A stretch of DNA of 64,000 bases, from contig CAJINV010000002.1 in the NCBI GenBank assembly GCA_905178155.1, forward strand, positions 2,446,369 through 2,510,368, in the 5' to 3' direction. The notes under the pieces were generated by a model that saw nothing but the letters and a program-made list of their open reading frames with translations, was not told where the DNA came from and made no database searches. The translations under genes were made by a program, and so were the position numbers. This stretch comes from Amoebophrya sp. A120. Taxonomy: Eukaryota; Protista; Dinoflagellata. This document shows, piece by piece, positions 1 to 21,181 of the stretch; within the stretch, counting starts at the first letter, position 1; every line of letters begins with the position of its first letter.

Positions 1-977
1 AGGCGGGCGCACACTGAGCAAATGAATTTGGCCGGTTGCCAACTGGATCAAAACGTCAGCAGCACACACAAAGACTCGACATGTAGTACGTAGGACCTCC
101 AAAGAGAATCCTTGTTGCACGACGACGAACACCAGTCCAGACAGATTAGTAGAACCTGTGTGGCAGGTTCTCACTACAACTCCGCATGCTCGCTGCCATA
201 TCTGCAGCTGCAAGTGCACCAGTAATCGTCGCATGATTTTCTACAATGACAATCGAGATAAGCCACGCGTCAAGATTGATTTTCAAAAGAAACCTCCCGT
301 CACATTCGGAAACTGCTTCACGTCGCTTTGCAAAATTTGCCCAGTGAGGCCGCCACATTCTTGTGGCGACGTTTTTCCGTCGGGCACAGAGAAAAATAGT
401 TCGCGGAACAAGTACAATAACTTCAGACAGTTACTAGACTGAAGAAGTAGAAAATAGCAGATGTAGAAAGAAGTAGTTGCAGCTATCGAGGCGATAGCGC
501 ACATGTCCATCCAGTGCAACTGAACAAAAACGAAGTGCAATGTCGTCCAAAACTGTTGTAATGTCGTGAAAGTGCATATCAGTAATAAAAGATGTCGCTA
601 GGTGTAGGTACATACTCAGCATGTGTAAAATTAAAAAATGTCTTCAGGAGCACTGCTCATTGTGATCAAATACTGTTGTGTGAATATGTTACAGACTGGC
701 TGTAGTATCAGAAGTGCCCTCCGTGCACATCCCTCCCACTTCTGTACAGATGAACTTCTGACGTCATCTAACTGTTTACTTACTGGAAAAGGAGAAAATC
801 GAGTGGCACAAAACGCACTTCTTGTGAGAATGTCGCAATTGTTATTGTTCAACATCGAATGAGAATTATAACGGTATTGCCCGTAGTAAGTATCAGACAC
901 AGCATGAAAAAAAAAGTAAGACCCAAAAACCATCTCAAGAAAAAACCTCCCCCGGTTGCAGTTCAAGTGAAATCCTC

Positions 978-3900
978 CTACACGCAATTTCGAAACATGC
1001 CGCAGACCCTTCCGCTCTCCGTGCCCTCGCCTTCATCGTCGCAGCAGCTGCTTTCGTGCAACTCCGGAGCCGGGGAATTGTGCAGAATGTAATCTTGAAT
1101 GTGCGCCACGAAGTTGAGTCGCATCTTGTACTTATCCTCCTGCGACACATCGTCCACGTTTGTAACGGGAGGCGTATTAGCGGGAGCAGCCTGGGCTGCA
1201 CTATCTCCGGGCGGCGGGTTGACATAGCCCCGGTCGCGCACCTCCTTCAGCCAGGCGCGGTAGCCTTTGTCTTGGGACAAGGGGAAGACCAAATCCTGCC
1301 ACAGCGACCCCCCCGTCTTGATATCGGCAATGTTTTGCAAAACGTAGTCGCGGGGGCCGCGGGTGAGTTTGGTCAGGTGGACCAACCGGGAATAGTACCA
1401 GCTGTATTCAAAGTACGCGTAGCCCAAAATGTCCGGCCACCGAATCAGCACGAACATGGGCCCGAAAAACTCAATCAAACCCGTCATGAAACTGAAGAAA
1501 AACTCCCGGCCCACGAGGATGTAGCGGCCGGTTGAGTCCGGGTCGATGACAGTGACCCAGTTGTAGCGGTGCTTTATCTATCATCTGCAAAAGTATCGCA
1601 CTCGTAGTACCATCACAGATTTTCTTCTCAAGATCTCAAATCTGAATTACAAATTCCATTTCTCATGCTGAGGAAATTTGTCATGCGATTTGTACTTACT
1701 AGTACGATATGACTTTTGCAGTGCGTATTATCCGCTGGTCCTTCTTGTAGTAAAACTGGAAGAAGTAGCATCGCAGGAAAAAAGTGTTACAGTATACACA
1801 TTGTGTTGCAGGAGGAGCAAGACAAGCAACCTTTGTCATGCAAGAAATGCTTGCGAACTTCATAACGTACGTGTTTTCTCTTAGGATATCTGCATTGCAA
1901 GTTTTCTCTGCCACACAGAGAAAATTTGTGTTGCTGAATTCACTACAAATGTGTAATTGTATGTAACACTTTTTTCGTGGGATAAGTAGTCGTCGTAATT
2001 GTTTCGCACCCCGTTCATTTGCGACACAAACTGGGAGCTCTTGTAGGCGGTCAGATACATCTCCAAATCCGCATCCGGCCGGCCGCCCGACTGGTACGCG
2101 GCCGCGCCGAAGTAGTTTGCGTCACAGTTGTACTGCTCTAGCCTTGCCTTGTACTTCTCAAACTGCTCCCGATCGGTGAGTTCTCCCTTGTACTGCAGCC
2201 ACGCGACCCACAGCTCGGAGTTCCACATGGAAAAGTACAGATTTTCCGGCGGGGAGGCCAAAAACCAGTTGTCTTGCAAAACCGTATAGGGGAGATACAG
2301 CCGCATGCTCTGATCCGGTTGGTACAGCATGGCGGATCGAGAAGTTCCGATCAACTCCTCGCTAAAATTGTTGTCGTCAAAATCCGTCCTGTTGTTGGTC
2401 GTTTGCGCGATCAAATTTGCTGAAAATCCCTGTTGCGCCGCCGGGTCTTTTTTTGCTACTTGCTCGTTGTGGCTGGCGACTTTCTTCAAAAAATAGTCTT
2501 CCAAAGCGGAATCCAAGTCCACTGGCGCGACGTTGCCGATCAGCTTCTCAAACGGGTCGGAGAGAATGAGGGTGGCGTCGGTATACAGCCCGCCGTATTT
2601 CTTCACCAAAGCGAGCCGGATCCGGTCCGCGCGGTGGGCGGACGCGACCGACCGTTTGTTAAAGCCGACAAATTGTGGATTCTCCGGCGGCCAGTAATCC
2701 ACCGCCACTTCGTCCGCGACCGTGGGGCCCGGGTTGTTTGGGTCTTCGGTTGTGTCGGTTTCGTACAAGGGGAAGTTCTGCGCCTCCATCCATTTCCCGT
2801 CCACCCGGTTGATTTTCCACCCGTCCGGGTTCAATCTTTCAAAGTTCTGCGCACACGCCTCGATGATCCAGGCGGGTTGAGTTAAATTTCCGACCATGGT
2901 GACGTTGGTCGGCCACCCGCCCTGCCAGTACAGGAAAACCTTCCGCGGCACCCAGTTGTTGACCCGGTGGACAAAGCGCAGATAGTCGATGGTGTACTTG
3001 TGGTACATGGGGTGCGCCGTCGTGTCCCAGGGTTCGTCGTCCCTCCGCAGTTTCCGCGGCACCATCACGGTTTGGTTGTTCGGAAGGGTCAAAGGTTCGT
3101 ATTTATCGGGAACAGCAGTCGGGTCCTCGGCACCAGCAGCTCCGGCTTGTGAGAAATCCTTCATGGTGACCTTCTGGATCACATCGAAGCGCCCGTCCGT
3201 CCCCGGCTTTTGCACCGTGGTCACCTCGAAATACTCGCGGGGGAAGGTCCGGCCGTCCGCAAGCACGATGTTTTGCTCCTGGTACTTTTGGCCGATGGGG
3301 GTTTCGTCGAAAAGCTGCAGCAAAGTGCTACTCCGGTCCGGCATCCGCGTCACCCAGAGTAAACCGATGATCGGGCCCAGGATGGTAACGACGACCAAGA
3401 TAAGCACGTAGCAGAAGAAAATGTTCTTCGGTAAGTAGATCAAAAAATCGCGAACGCCGCACACCGAGCAACATACCTTGCAGCAGCCGCACCGGTCTCG
3501 GGCGAGAATGTCCTGCTTGTTCACATGCTTGTTCGCTTCCCCGAAACACAGACACGGCGGAACACCATCCTCATCCGGGCAGAAACACTCATCTAAGCAG
3601 CACCGTTTTTTGTTCGGACACATCTTTGACGGACAGCAACAGTTTTGTCTGGAGGAGCCACTGGAGGTGCTCATCGCGCTCCCAAACAGCCCTAGGTTTT
3701 TACCATTGCCACTTGTAGTTGTTTTCGCCGTAGTTCCTTTACTCAGCGCGCTCTTTGGTTCTGTGTAGTGGCTTGATGTTCCCGGATTAACATTCCGACT
3801 GTTCGGGAACATCGCGGAATCTGGCACGATGAACTCCTTTGTCCGAAGCGTTTCCAATCGCCGGATTGCATTCGTGGCCCCTTCACCCGTGTGATACGCC

Positions 3901-5430
3901 GTGTTTTCTTTCGGATGTGCGCCAGAATAACGGTTGGTACTGGAGAACCGCTTGCTGCCGATCATCAGTCCCTGCAGCTCATCCGGATCCTCGTTGTTGT
4001 AATCATCGAGACCTCCACTGCCGAAGCTGTCGACTTCGATAGCTGGGTTCACGACCGTGCGGTTCGCGTTGCTCATCCATTTTGGTCCGGTACTCAAAGA
4101 CCCCACCGGGCGGCAGCTACAGCAGCCGCACACTCCGGACCGTATCAGAATGAAAAATCCCCCCTCCCCATATCAAAACGACGTTTCTGATGCTGGATGT
4201 GCGTACACAGATCAGATTTGTCTTGCTGGTGAGGACTGCAGGCCCATACTAAGCCTGAGTCGACAGGTTTCGGCCTAGGCGCTTAGCATGACAGACGTCT
4301 GCGCTGTAGCTAAAACAGCATGACAAACCGCCTGTAGAATGCGGCGGGGCTTGTGGCGTTGCCTTCATGCAACACAGAGACGATTTGCGACCTCAAATCA
4401 GCAACACAAATTTTCGGCAACATACGTTTTCAATATGGGGAGAGGGGATTTTTCCTTTTGATAGACCGGACCCGGTATTCCTGCAGTTCCGCGTAGCCCG
4501 CCACGGTATGGAAGTGTCAGAACCGAAATTGACAAAATCGAAAAATTTGTGATGCACAAAATCGATGTCAGTTGGCGCCTGAGTTCCCAAGTGGCGCATG
4601 ACAAATTTCGGGAGCACCCAAATCCAGTCTGCCATGCTGTTTGGGCAAAGAAGACTCCTCCTGTCGTGCTACTCTGGCAGCACATTGCATACCCCTAAAC
4701 AGACTTGCAATCGGTCTCATTTGCCTGCTCCCCAGTACAGGCCTTCAGTGCCCTACATTTTATGCATCACAAATTTTTCGATTTTGTCGATTTCGATCCT
4801 GACACATCCATACACGGAAAAGATGTCGTAGCCCCGCCTGGCCAGGTCGTAGTCGCTGTACCCCCGAATGGGTCGTTCGACGACCAAGAGGATTAGGAAT
4901 CCAAAGGGGTACATGAGCCACCCCTTGCCCATGATACAGTCGGACCAAATCCAAAATTGGTACTCGTACAAAACGGACTTGCCCCCACCGTACGTCCCGT
5001 ACTGAATGTAGAGCCCAAGGAGGAAGAAAAGGATCATGATCGGCCACCACCACCACCGGATTTTTATGTTGTAAATGAAGTACTGCCACGAGTACTTGAT
5101 CTCGTGCGGTGGGAAGATGTTCTCCAGTTCCCTCAACAGCTGCTCATCCTTCTCCTTCTCAAACTGCTTTTGTTTTTCGTAGGTCATGATCGAGGAAAGC
5201 AGTTTTTCCTCGTCACTCGCCAGGTCGTCGATGTTGTAGGCGAGGGCGGCATCTTCATCGCCGGGTTGTATTTCTTCGTCGTCGTCCACTTGAATTTGGT
5301 TTTCGCTCGCGAACTGCTCCTCGGGGAAGTAGTTGTAACCGCTGTTGGTGGGCGGGAGGTTCTTGTTGGTGTTGTTAGTTTTGTTTCCGCTACTTCTCCC
5401 GGAAGTGGAGCGCCGCTGCAGGGTCGACAT
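978..5430 (-). CDS. Membrane-anchored DxD glycosyltransferase (GT32/capsular polysaccharide synthesis protein-like), ~1146 aa, 5 exons
   Basis: Exons 5430-4813, 4501-4464, 4137-1985, 1763-1728, 1573-978 total 3441 nt and stay in frame after removing four introners plus one TSD each. Motifs PRKVFLYWQGG and HRADRIRLALVKKYGGLYTDAT are typical of Gly_transf_sug/Caps_synth proteins; hydrophobic TM segments present. Confidence 0.85.
1579..1727. mobile_element. Short degenerate introner (non-canonical intron), 149 bp
   Basis: TSD TTATC on both sides; imperfect TIR TATCATCTGCAAAAGT/ACTTTTGCAGTGCGTA; excision gives QRI|KHRYNW in frame. Confidence 0.8.
1769..1984. mobile_element. Introner family E (TATCCCACGAAAAAA-type TIR), 216 bp
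   Basis: TSD AGTAG; TIR CATCGCAGGAAAAAAGTGTTACA/TGTAACACTTTTTTCGTGGGATA; excision gives YDDY|FFQFYY in frame. Confidence 0.85.
4143..4463. mobile_element. Introner family D (TATCAxAAxGAAAAATCCCC), 321 bp
   Basis: TSD GACCG; ~30-bp TIR; homologous but inverted relative to 28114-28435; frame restored (RVR|SGVCG). Confidence 0.9.
4507..4812. mobile_element. Introner family C (TATGGAAGTGTCAG), 306 bp
   Basis: TSD CACGG; long TIR of ~50 bp; near-identical copy at 18214-18522; frame restored (DIFSV|AGYAEL). Confidence 0.92.
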
Positions 5431-6195
5431 GGTGAAGTGATGAAATGCAAATCAATGTGCACTAGAAGTTATACTTGTCAAAATTCCGAAGTATTCTACG
5501 CGACAATTTAAAAACTATTCACGCCAGAGACTACTGCAAGTCTAACATGGCCGTGCTGTGTGGTATCTGGTCATAGCGTAGTTTGTGTTACAGTTAGGTT
5601 ACGTAAAGTCCAAAAAGAAATTGTTACTCATACTTGATACTCAGAAAGATAACTTGGGAGTAGAGAGGTATAGGTATTGGTATAAAATTATACACCTCGC
5701 TGTTGTGAAATATTTTGCGATTCGAAGTTGGAAGTTCGAACAACATGTACAACTTATGTAGTACAGTATGCTACAACTCATCATAGCTGTAATTAAAGGA
5801 GCCAGTATTCAGTACTGCAGCGCAGCCTGGTGGATCTTGCCACAACCGAACGTCTAGTGCACCGACATTCTCCATGGGTCTTGCAACTACAACCGAAAAA
5901 ATGTCTGCTTCAGCAGATAATTTGCAACAGAAGAAGCCACTTTGCGCAACCGATGGAACGAGCATGCTGAGACACCGAGGTGAGCAGGAAGAAGAAAACA
6001 TTTACCGAAGGTCTTTTTTACGCCTGGCCGATGAAAATATTTGGCTGTTGTTCAATTTTTTTTTTCATGATAGAACCGATGAAAAAGAGAACGCCAATAG
6101 CGGGCTCCTTTTGCTTTACAACTTTGAGATCGCGGCATGGAAGAAAAGGAGCGCGCTTTTCTACCACACGCGCTCGCAGCTGCATCAAATGCATT

Positions 6196-8700
6196 AATTC
6201 ATAATAAATGCGCACTGCTGACACACAGGGCACGCCAGCCTTCCGCCAGCAGACAAAGCTACAAATACGCCGATCGGCTGCGAGGCTGCGCCCTGCTGCC
6301 TCATGTCGCGTCGGCCGCGGCACCAAACGGTCCGCCGCGATGCACCTTGGCAACGGCCACAGCAGCACTGAGTGCGCGACGCCGGCCAGCGCCTGGAATG
6401 GGCTTAGACATCAAGCTGAACGGCGCCCCCGATCGCGCACAGCGGGTAGATGCATCAGCCGCCGCGGGCTACCGGGGGCCCTGGGCCCGGAGTGCGAGGG
6501 AGCTCAAGCCGGGCTGCGGGGCACGAGCGCGCGGTCGGAGGGGGGCGGCGGCGGCCGGAGAACGAACGGCACCACCGCAATCCCGCCCTACCCGTTTGCG
6601 CTGGCGCTTCCCCCCATCGACGGCCGCGCCGGCGTCTTGCAGCGCCTGCAGGGCCCGCGGGCCGTCGGCGCGGCGGGCTATCCAATTCCGCCGGGGCTGC
6701 CTCTTTGTGGCGCTTCTCCCTGCCATCTGTCCGCCTCTTTGCGGCACTTCTCCGCGGAGGGCGCAACCGGCGGAGACGCCATGAACCCGCACCCGTCCGC
6801 CCGCGGTTGCGGCAAACGCCGTCGCCGCCTCGCTCCGGAGCCGAAACCCCGACGCGGGTGGCAGCGAAATGCCACAGGGCCCAGGGCGGCGGCGGCCGAG
6901 AGTGCTGCGTCCCCCCCCCCTTGCTTTCCACCGACCCCGGGCCCCCGCCGGCAGAGGCGACGGCCATCGGTGGCCATAAGGGGTGGCTCGGAGCTATGCT
7001 TTAGAAATTCACCCGGGGAAAGCGAAATTCATAGCGCAAATGCATCAGCACAGACCATGACCCTCACCGTCCACGGACCACTCCATCTTGCAGTCACTCT
7101 CCCACGCGGCGTCTCACACTTCAACACGTTTCAACTAATTTTCTCCACAGTACGTCCTTCTCCCTCGTCTCAGACTCAGTCTTCTGCGCACAACAATCGT
7201 TCTTGTCCAAATTATCCTCTGACCCTCTGGCACTAGCCCGCAACTACTTTCGTGCAAACGACAAACCATAAGGTGACCACCGCGCACTTTGGCAAAGAAC
7301 AATGCTGCTTTTGCCGACGTAGGCAGAACAAGCTCGAGCGCCAATTAATCGGCAGCCAATAGGTCTTACTTATATTCTCACGACCACCCGTTGGAGGCGC
7401 ACTGCCACGCTTGCAGCAACGACGCCAATTCATACGCATTGGTGACACACATCCATGACACGCCAGCCTTCCAGCAGACAAAGCTACAAATACGCCAATC
7501 AGCTGCAAGGCTGCGTTCTGCTGCTTCACGTCGCGTCGGCCGCGAAACCAAGCGGTCTGCCGCGATGCATTCTAGCAACCGCCACAGCACGCAGCACTGA
7601 ATGCCAGGCGCCGACCGCCCAACGCCTGGGAATAGCCACCAAGCTGCACGGCGCGCCCGGTCGCGCACAGCGGGCGGCGGCCAGCGATTGGGCCACGGTG
7701 GCGCCCAGCGGGCGCACGGTGGCCCGGAGTGGCCCTCGGCCCGGAGTGGGCCACGGTGGCGCCCTCGGCCCGGAGTGGGGGGGGGGGCTAGCGCCGGGCG
7801 GCTTGGCCGGCGCGGCGGGGGGGGGGCGCGGGCGGCAGGCCGAAGAAGGAACGGCAAAGCCGCCCGCCTGCCCTGCCTGCCCGCTTGCGCTGGCAGCATG
7901 CAAGGGCTGCGCGGCGCATCCGCGACGACTCAAGCACGGCGGGCCATTTTTGGACGCGCCGCGGCGCTTTGTTTTTCGCGCGGGCTGCTTCTTGCGCGTC
8001 GGTCGGAGCTCGGGCCCCGCTCCTCCCTCCCACTGTCCGCATGTAGCGCCCCCGCGCATGGGGGCGCTGGGCCACCCTCGTAGTGAAGCCCGGCGCGCGC
8101 AGCCGGGCCGCCCTCCCCGGCCCTCTGGCCGGTGGCGCGCCTCGCCCCCCCCCTCATCGGCCCCGGGCACCCACCGACCACAGCAAGAAGGGGCCGCATG
8201 GTGTGGAAAGCTTGCCCGCGCCCGGTGGTGGCCACCGATCCCGAAAAACCAAGGGGCGGCGCGCTCCGCAGCGCTCCTTTGCGCGTTCGCAGCGGACGCG
8301 ACGACAACGCCGGCCCTGCGCCGTTGCTGGCAGCGCTCCCCAGGCGGCGCGCGCTTGCTTCTGGAGCGTGTTCGCCACAGGAATCCCGCGCCCAATGCCG
8401 GGACTATTCGGGGCTCCTCTGGTACGTTGATCCCCTACCAGCGCCGCTGGACTTCTCCGCGCCCGTCTGTCGGGAGCTAGGTCGGCGGCCATATCGCTCG
8501 GCCACGGTTGACCGAATGGATGCCGCCCCGGCTACGCGCAGGCGCCGCGCTTCCGCCTGCCTTCGGCCGACGGACTGGCGCGCCTGTGCCTGCGCCTCGC
8601 GCGCGCAGCGCCTCGCGCGCGCAGCGCCTCGCCCTCAGGCAAGTTTCTGAACAGTTTCTACATCGCCCGCATATCCATCTGAAAACCGCGCACAACAGTC
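6196..8700. repeat. Very GC-rich intergenic island with a ~250-bp diverged direct repeat (~6196-6448 and ~7427-7675); probable decayed mobile-element relic
   Basis: Abrupt GC rise; both copies share ACGCCAGCCTTCC...CAGCAGACAAAGCTACAAATACGCC...TCGCGCACAGCGGG; overlapping R/P/G/A-rich ORFs have no recognisable domain. Confidence 0.55.
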
Positions 8701-9150
8701 GCCACTCTCTCGCAGTACGGATTTCCCTTTTCCCTTACCCTAGGCTTCTCGGCTCTCGCTCTCGCTCATACGGAAACCCGAAAACACGATCACATCAACG
8801 CACCTCGGGCACTCCACCTACTTACGCTATAGTAGCGCAGCGCCTTGTTTCGTTTCTACTAAAAACCGCCTTAATTTCATTTCCAGCCTTCGACAAAACT
8901 TCTACAGTTTCGATTTAATCCTCCACCAAAATGGGTTGCAAGAGAATCAAAATGGGTATAATGTCCACCAACATTCCTAGGTTCAAAGTTCATTGAGTTC
9001 AAAAGGTTCTTTCGTGTCAATAGGTAAAGGTTTCTTCGCATAAATTGTAAAAAGAAAAACCGGATCATTTCAAAAGTCGCACCTTTTTACTGTACCAGGC
9101 AGCACGACGATACATCATACACACAATCAACACTCTCCCCCTACCACCGC

Positions 9151-11021
9151 CTAGTGCTGCCGTTTCGGCGGGAAGTTGACCACTTTCGGTGCGTCCTTCG
9201 GATTCCTGGTTAATATCATACAGGTTTTCAAATCGCTGACCCCGCCAGTGGATCCCGCCTTGCTCCCCTCCTCGTATTTGTTCGTTGTGTCCGTATTCCT
9301 GCTCGCCACGTAAGTCGCCTTCCCGGTTTGTCGCAGCGCGCAGTACCGATCCCACTTGTCAGTGGTAGACCCGACACCACGGATATCACAGGAAAATAAA
9401 AGTGTGACATTTACACATCTGTTGGAGTTTCTGCATCACAAAGTTGCTCGCCATGGCAAACAAAACCTGTGATGCGCAATCAACTATAAGGGAAAACACG
9501 AACGGCATGAGGTTGGCAAGCATTTCGTGCATGACAGAGGTTGTCTGTTTTGCTTGTCTCCCATCAGGAGAGTGTGTAACTGTAACACTTTTCTCTCACC
9601 ATAACGGAGGAGGAGGATGTTGTTGGACAGTTGCGAGGACAAGTTCTGCATCTCCTATCCCACGAAAAAACTGTTTCACTGTAAGGGTTTTGCAAGTTCT
9701 GCATCACAAGTTTGTTACACATGAGACAGAAAATTTGCCATGCGACCTTCCCAAAGGAAAACACGCTAAAAAATCCATTGTCTTGCAGGTGTAAGTAGCA
9801 TGACAAATCGTTCCGTGCTCCATTCTCTGCATCACAAGTTCACAGTGAAACAGTTTTTTCGTGGGATATCTCCACCGGTGCGATCAATGCGGCCGAACCG
9901 TTCAGCAATTTCGCCTTGTAGTTGAATTCTTGTGGTGGCAGCAGCTTCTTCTTCTGCGTGATCCTCGTGAGGATCTTCGTGGGGACGGTCTGGAAGGGGA
10001 TCTGCTTCCGGGTCTCCGCGGTAATGGAACCGCCGTCGATCAGAATGAGGAGGCGACGCCGTTGGTCTGATGAGGAGTAGTTTTGTAGACTTTATTACGA
10101 ATGCAATTCAATTTTTGCAACTTCTGCATGACAGATTGTGGCGGTTTACGCATTCCTGCATCACAGATCCAAAAAAGAAAACTATACCTTTCAAAATGAT
10201 ATCTTGCACTTCCGAAAACGGTAGTCTCCCTTCAATATCCTTCGCGACTGGTGATATTAGCCTTTTGATCTCTTTCTCCGTATAGCAGTGCGACACTGCC
10301 TTCGGTAAAATTTCGTCCACGACCACTTTCACGGTGTCCTTCGGTTTTGGCTCGAAGAGTTGGTATCTGATAGAAAATTTTTTTGCGATTTTTACATCAC
10401 AGAAAGATCCACTCTTACCAGGTTTCGCATGACAAACTGCGGATGTTATGTTGTTGAGGGATAGAAACATTAATCCAAAACTCTACAGTAGTGTCTCGTT
10501 CAGCGACACAATCAGCTTCTTGATTTCGTGGTCGCACACTTTGTGTCTGTTGGCGCACCCACCCCGCAGAAACCCATTATCGTCTACCGGTCCGAAATGG
10601 CCGAACACATCCAACCTCCCCGTAGACTCGGGCTGCTCCAGTGTTGGGGGGAAGAGAAATTTGAAGAACGCATCCACCGGCACGCCCCGTATCCTCAGGA
10701 AAAACGTCCCCACACCAGAGTCAAGATGGGAAGTTTGCAACACAAGTCTCCAAGTTTTGGGAGTTATGCATGACAAGTTTCGCCTCGTAGTGTAATCCTG
10801 TTTAGCTAGCTAAGAAGCATCACAGATGTAGCACATCATTCTGATTGGAGCATGACAAATTCCGAAACACGACTAGGAAATGCCTCTCATGGGGCTCCGC
10901 ATAAGAAATATTTTCAGCATGCAAATTTGCATGACAACTCTGGGGTGGGGACGTTTTTACTCAGGATACCCCGCTGCGACGCCTTGTCAGCGTGAATCTC
11001 GACTGTGCGGGTGGTGGCCAT
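9151..11021 (-). CDS. Hypothetical protein, 300 aa, 6 exons
   Basis: Exons 11021-10969, 10684-10487, 10366-10188, 10066-9869, 9650-9604, 9378-9151 total 903 nt in frame (MATTRTVEIH...QLSNNILLLRGVGSTTDKWDRYCALR...PPKRQH*). Two GT-AG introns (10367-10486, 10067-10187) and three introners. Confidence 0.75.
9384..9603. mobile_element. Introner family E, 220 bp
   Basis: TSD ACGGA; body is an inverted homologue of 1769-1984; frame restored. Confidence 0.85.
9656..9868. mobile_element. Introner family E, 213 bp
   Basis: TSD TCTCC; perfect 26-bp TIR TATCCCACGAAAAAACTGTTTCACTG; frame restored (PVE|MQNL). Confidence 0.92.
10690..10968. mobile_element. Introner family B (TATCCTxxGxAAAAACGTCCCCAC), 279 bp
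   Basis: TSD CCCCG; ~30-bp TIR; same 279-bp length as three other family-B copies. Confidence 0.92.
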
Positions 11022-12279
11022 GGGGTCGTGTTTGGGTTTTTAATGTAAGCTATTTCAAGCACAACTTTTTTGTTTCCAAAAAAACGCAGTTTGTCAACTT
11101 GTTCTCGGGATCGACTTTTTAGAAGGGTCATGAAGAGGATCTGAAAGTGCTTGCAAGAAAGCAAGGTCAGAGATAGATCGTGGTCGGAAGTATGCGTATT
11201 TAATGTGTCAACGTCCGCTGCTTAGTACAATCACCCCTCCCACAGGTTTGTGACGTGCGATTTTTGAGTCTAACGATAAAGCGACGAGCTTGCTTCGACA
11301 ATGATGTAGCAAGACCCCCAAAACCGACTCACTTTGCTCCAGAAAACGACGATTTTTTACGACGTCGTATTGACAACTGGCGGAAGCGAGACCAATCACT
11401 AGAATACCGAGGCAGACCGCCTTTTTCGACACGACCTATGACTATTTAGGAACACATACTCATCGAGCCACACCGCATAGGGAGCGTAGATTCCACCAGG
11501 CCGTGGCGTTTCCAAAGTTTCAACATCGCTTCTACTACTCTTCTTTGTACAGTTTGTTATACTGGGGACAAATTTCATCCAAAATACAGTTTGAGGAAAT
11601 CTTATCGAGATAATTGCCAGGTAAAAACCACTCACATCTCGTCGCTGTGGCGCGTTAGTCGCTTTGCCCCTGCGTTACAGGCTAGCACTTCGATGATATT
11701 CAGCCAAGAATACCGCGCATTATACTGTATTCTTTTTGACTGCAATTGTATTCTTAAAGGGTAGTACTACTTACAACTGAAATCTAGTAGGGTAGGCCGA
11801 AACGCGAAACCCAGGCAGGAACGGGGATCTGGGAAAATTGCGGCGAGGGAAGATGATTAAAGCGTGGCGCAATTGTTGTCTCAAGAAAGGGAATGCATGT
11901 GCTGGTCTGTCTTACTCGGGCGCGGCGTGGATGTCATGATGATGATCCTACATCCTACTCAGATCAAGGTTGGGGTAGGCGTTGTTACAGGTTCTTGATG
12001 CGATTTATCATCGGTTGCATACTGGTATTCTCGTGGTGGTTACAATTTGATAATTTTGTTTAATATTTCCCTTGTGGTATAATCACCCTCTTCACACGTA
12101 GTTTTCTGATGATATTGAAGCTTCAATTTGTTGTATCAATTTGCTGCAAAACTGTTGTATATGCCAATGCATCGGTTGTGCATTTATTTGCTATTTCGAA
12201 ATTTGTTCGTATTATTCGTGTGGTCAAAATTGTTCTTTCCCTCATCGAAGATGCAGTAGTACTTCTTTCACTACCCCAC

Positions 12280-20111
<7,832 letters not shown>

Positions 20112-21181
20112 GATGCTGTTGAACGAATATAATGCTCTTGTTGCGTAACAAGGATTTGTAGTCCTTCACTTATACTTAACTTTGAGAATGCAATTCATTC
20201 GTACTGTCATCAACTAGTGGTGACAATTTGTGGTCTGCATTCAAATTTTCATGCCTATTTGCAAGACCGCCTTTCTACTAAAGTGCGCCACTTTCGAGAT
20301 GCGTCAAAGATGAACATGTAATCTATCTGCCTAAAGTAGTTCGTGCGCTTATTTCACATTTCTCACTGTCGGTCGCTGTTTCGCGGGTTTATTGGAATTT
20401 TTTTTTGCACATCTCAACGCCAACAACTCAAACTTTTGTTCTTCCACACAACTACTACCCAACAGACCACTAGCACAACTACACACCTCGCTGCCTACTT
20501 TTTGTCCCACGATAAGGTTCTCGTCGTGACAAAGAAATTGCAGTACCACCGACTTTTGCTCAGATGATTTTCTCGTCAACCAATTTACGGTGCGACTTTC
20601 TCTAGTGTGGAACAACATTTTCATCACAGCATTTCAGGATCATCGCGATTTCTCACTACCACATCGTGACAAGGAGGGCACAAGCCATCAAAAAGTCAAT
20701 ACCGACACTACGACCGATTTACATTATTGAGTGATTTTGCTTTCAATGGCATTGCATCATTTTTTGCACCAGCTGATATTTATTTCCACTCCTGACATTG
20801 CATATCGCCAATAAGCGATTATCGACGTAAAACAGTAAAACCCGATTGGCAAACGTAAAGGTATCAAACGTAAACTCGTTTTAAGCTTTGATTGTTGTAA
20901 TGTTTGAGGATGCAGCCGAGACGACCGCGTAAACTTGGTGTTAGCAAGTCTAACAACACGGTGTTGGAAGATTTTGAAAAAAATGCAAAATGAAAAAATC
21001 AGTGTCTTCAACGTATTTCAACAAAGTCTGTAGCAAGTGCAAGTAGTTCATTTGGTATTAAATACAGTTGTAGCAGCATTCCATCAGTAGTACAGATTGA
21101 TTTTTGGTGTCTTAAAAAATCATCAAACTAGGCCTCTACTGGACCACCTCTTGCTCCACGACACCTCGGCCCTGTTATTTC

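Noticed and set aside
1-630. Possible minus-strand coding fragments at the left edge
   Set aside because: Short ORFs in different frames with no motif or supportable splice model.
6137-8650. Many long overlapping ORFs (e.g. 6208-7236, 7455-8480)
   Set aside because: Expected from stop-codon scarcity at very high GC; R/P/G/A-rich with no motifs.
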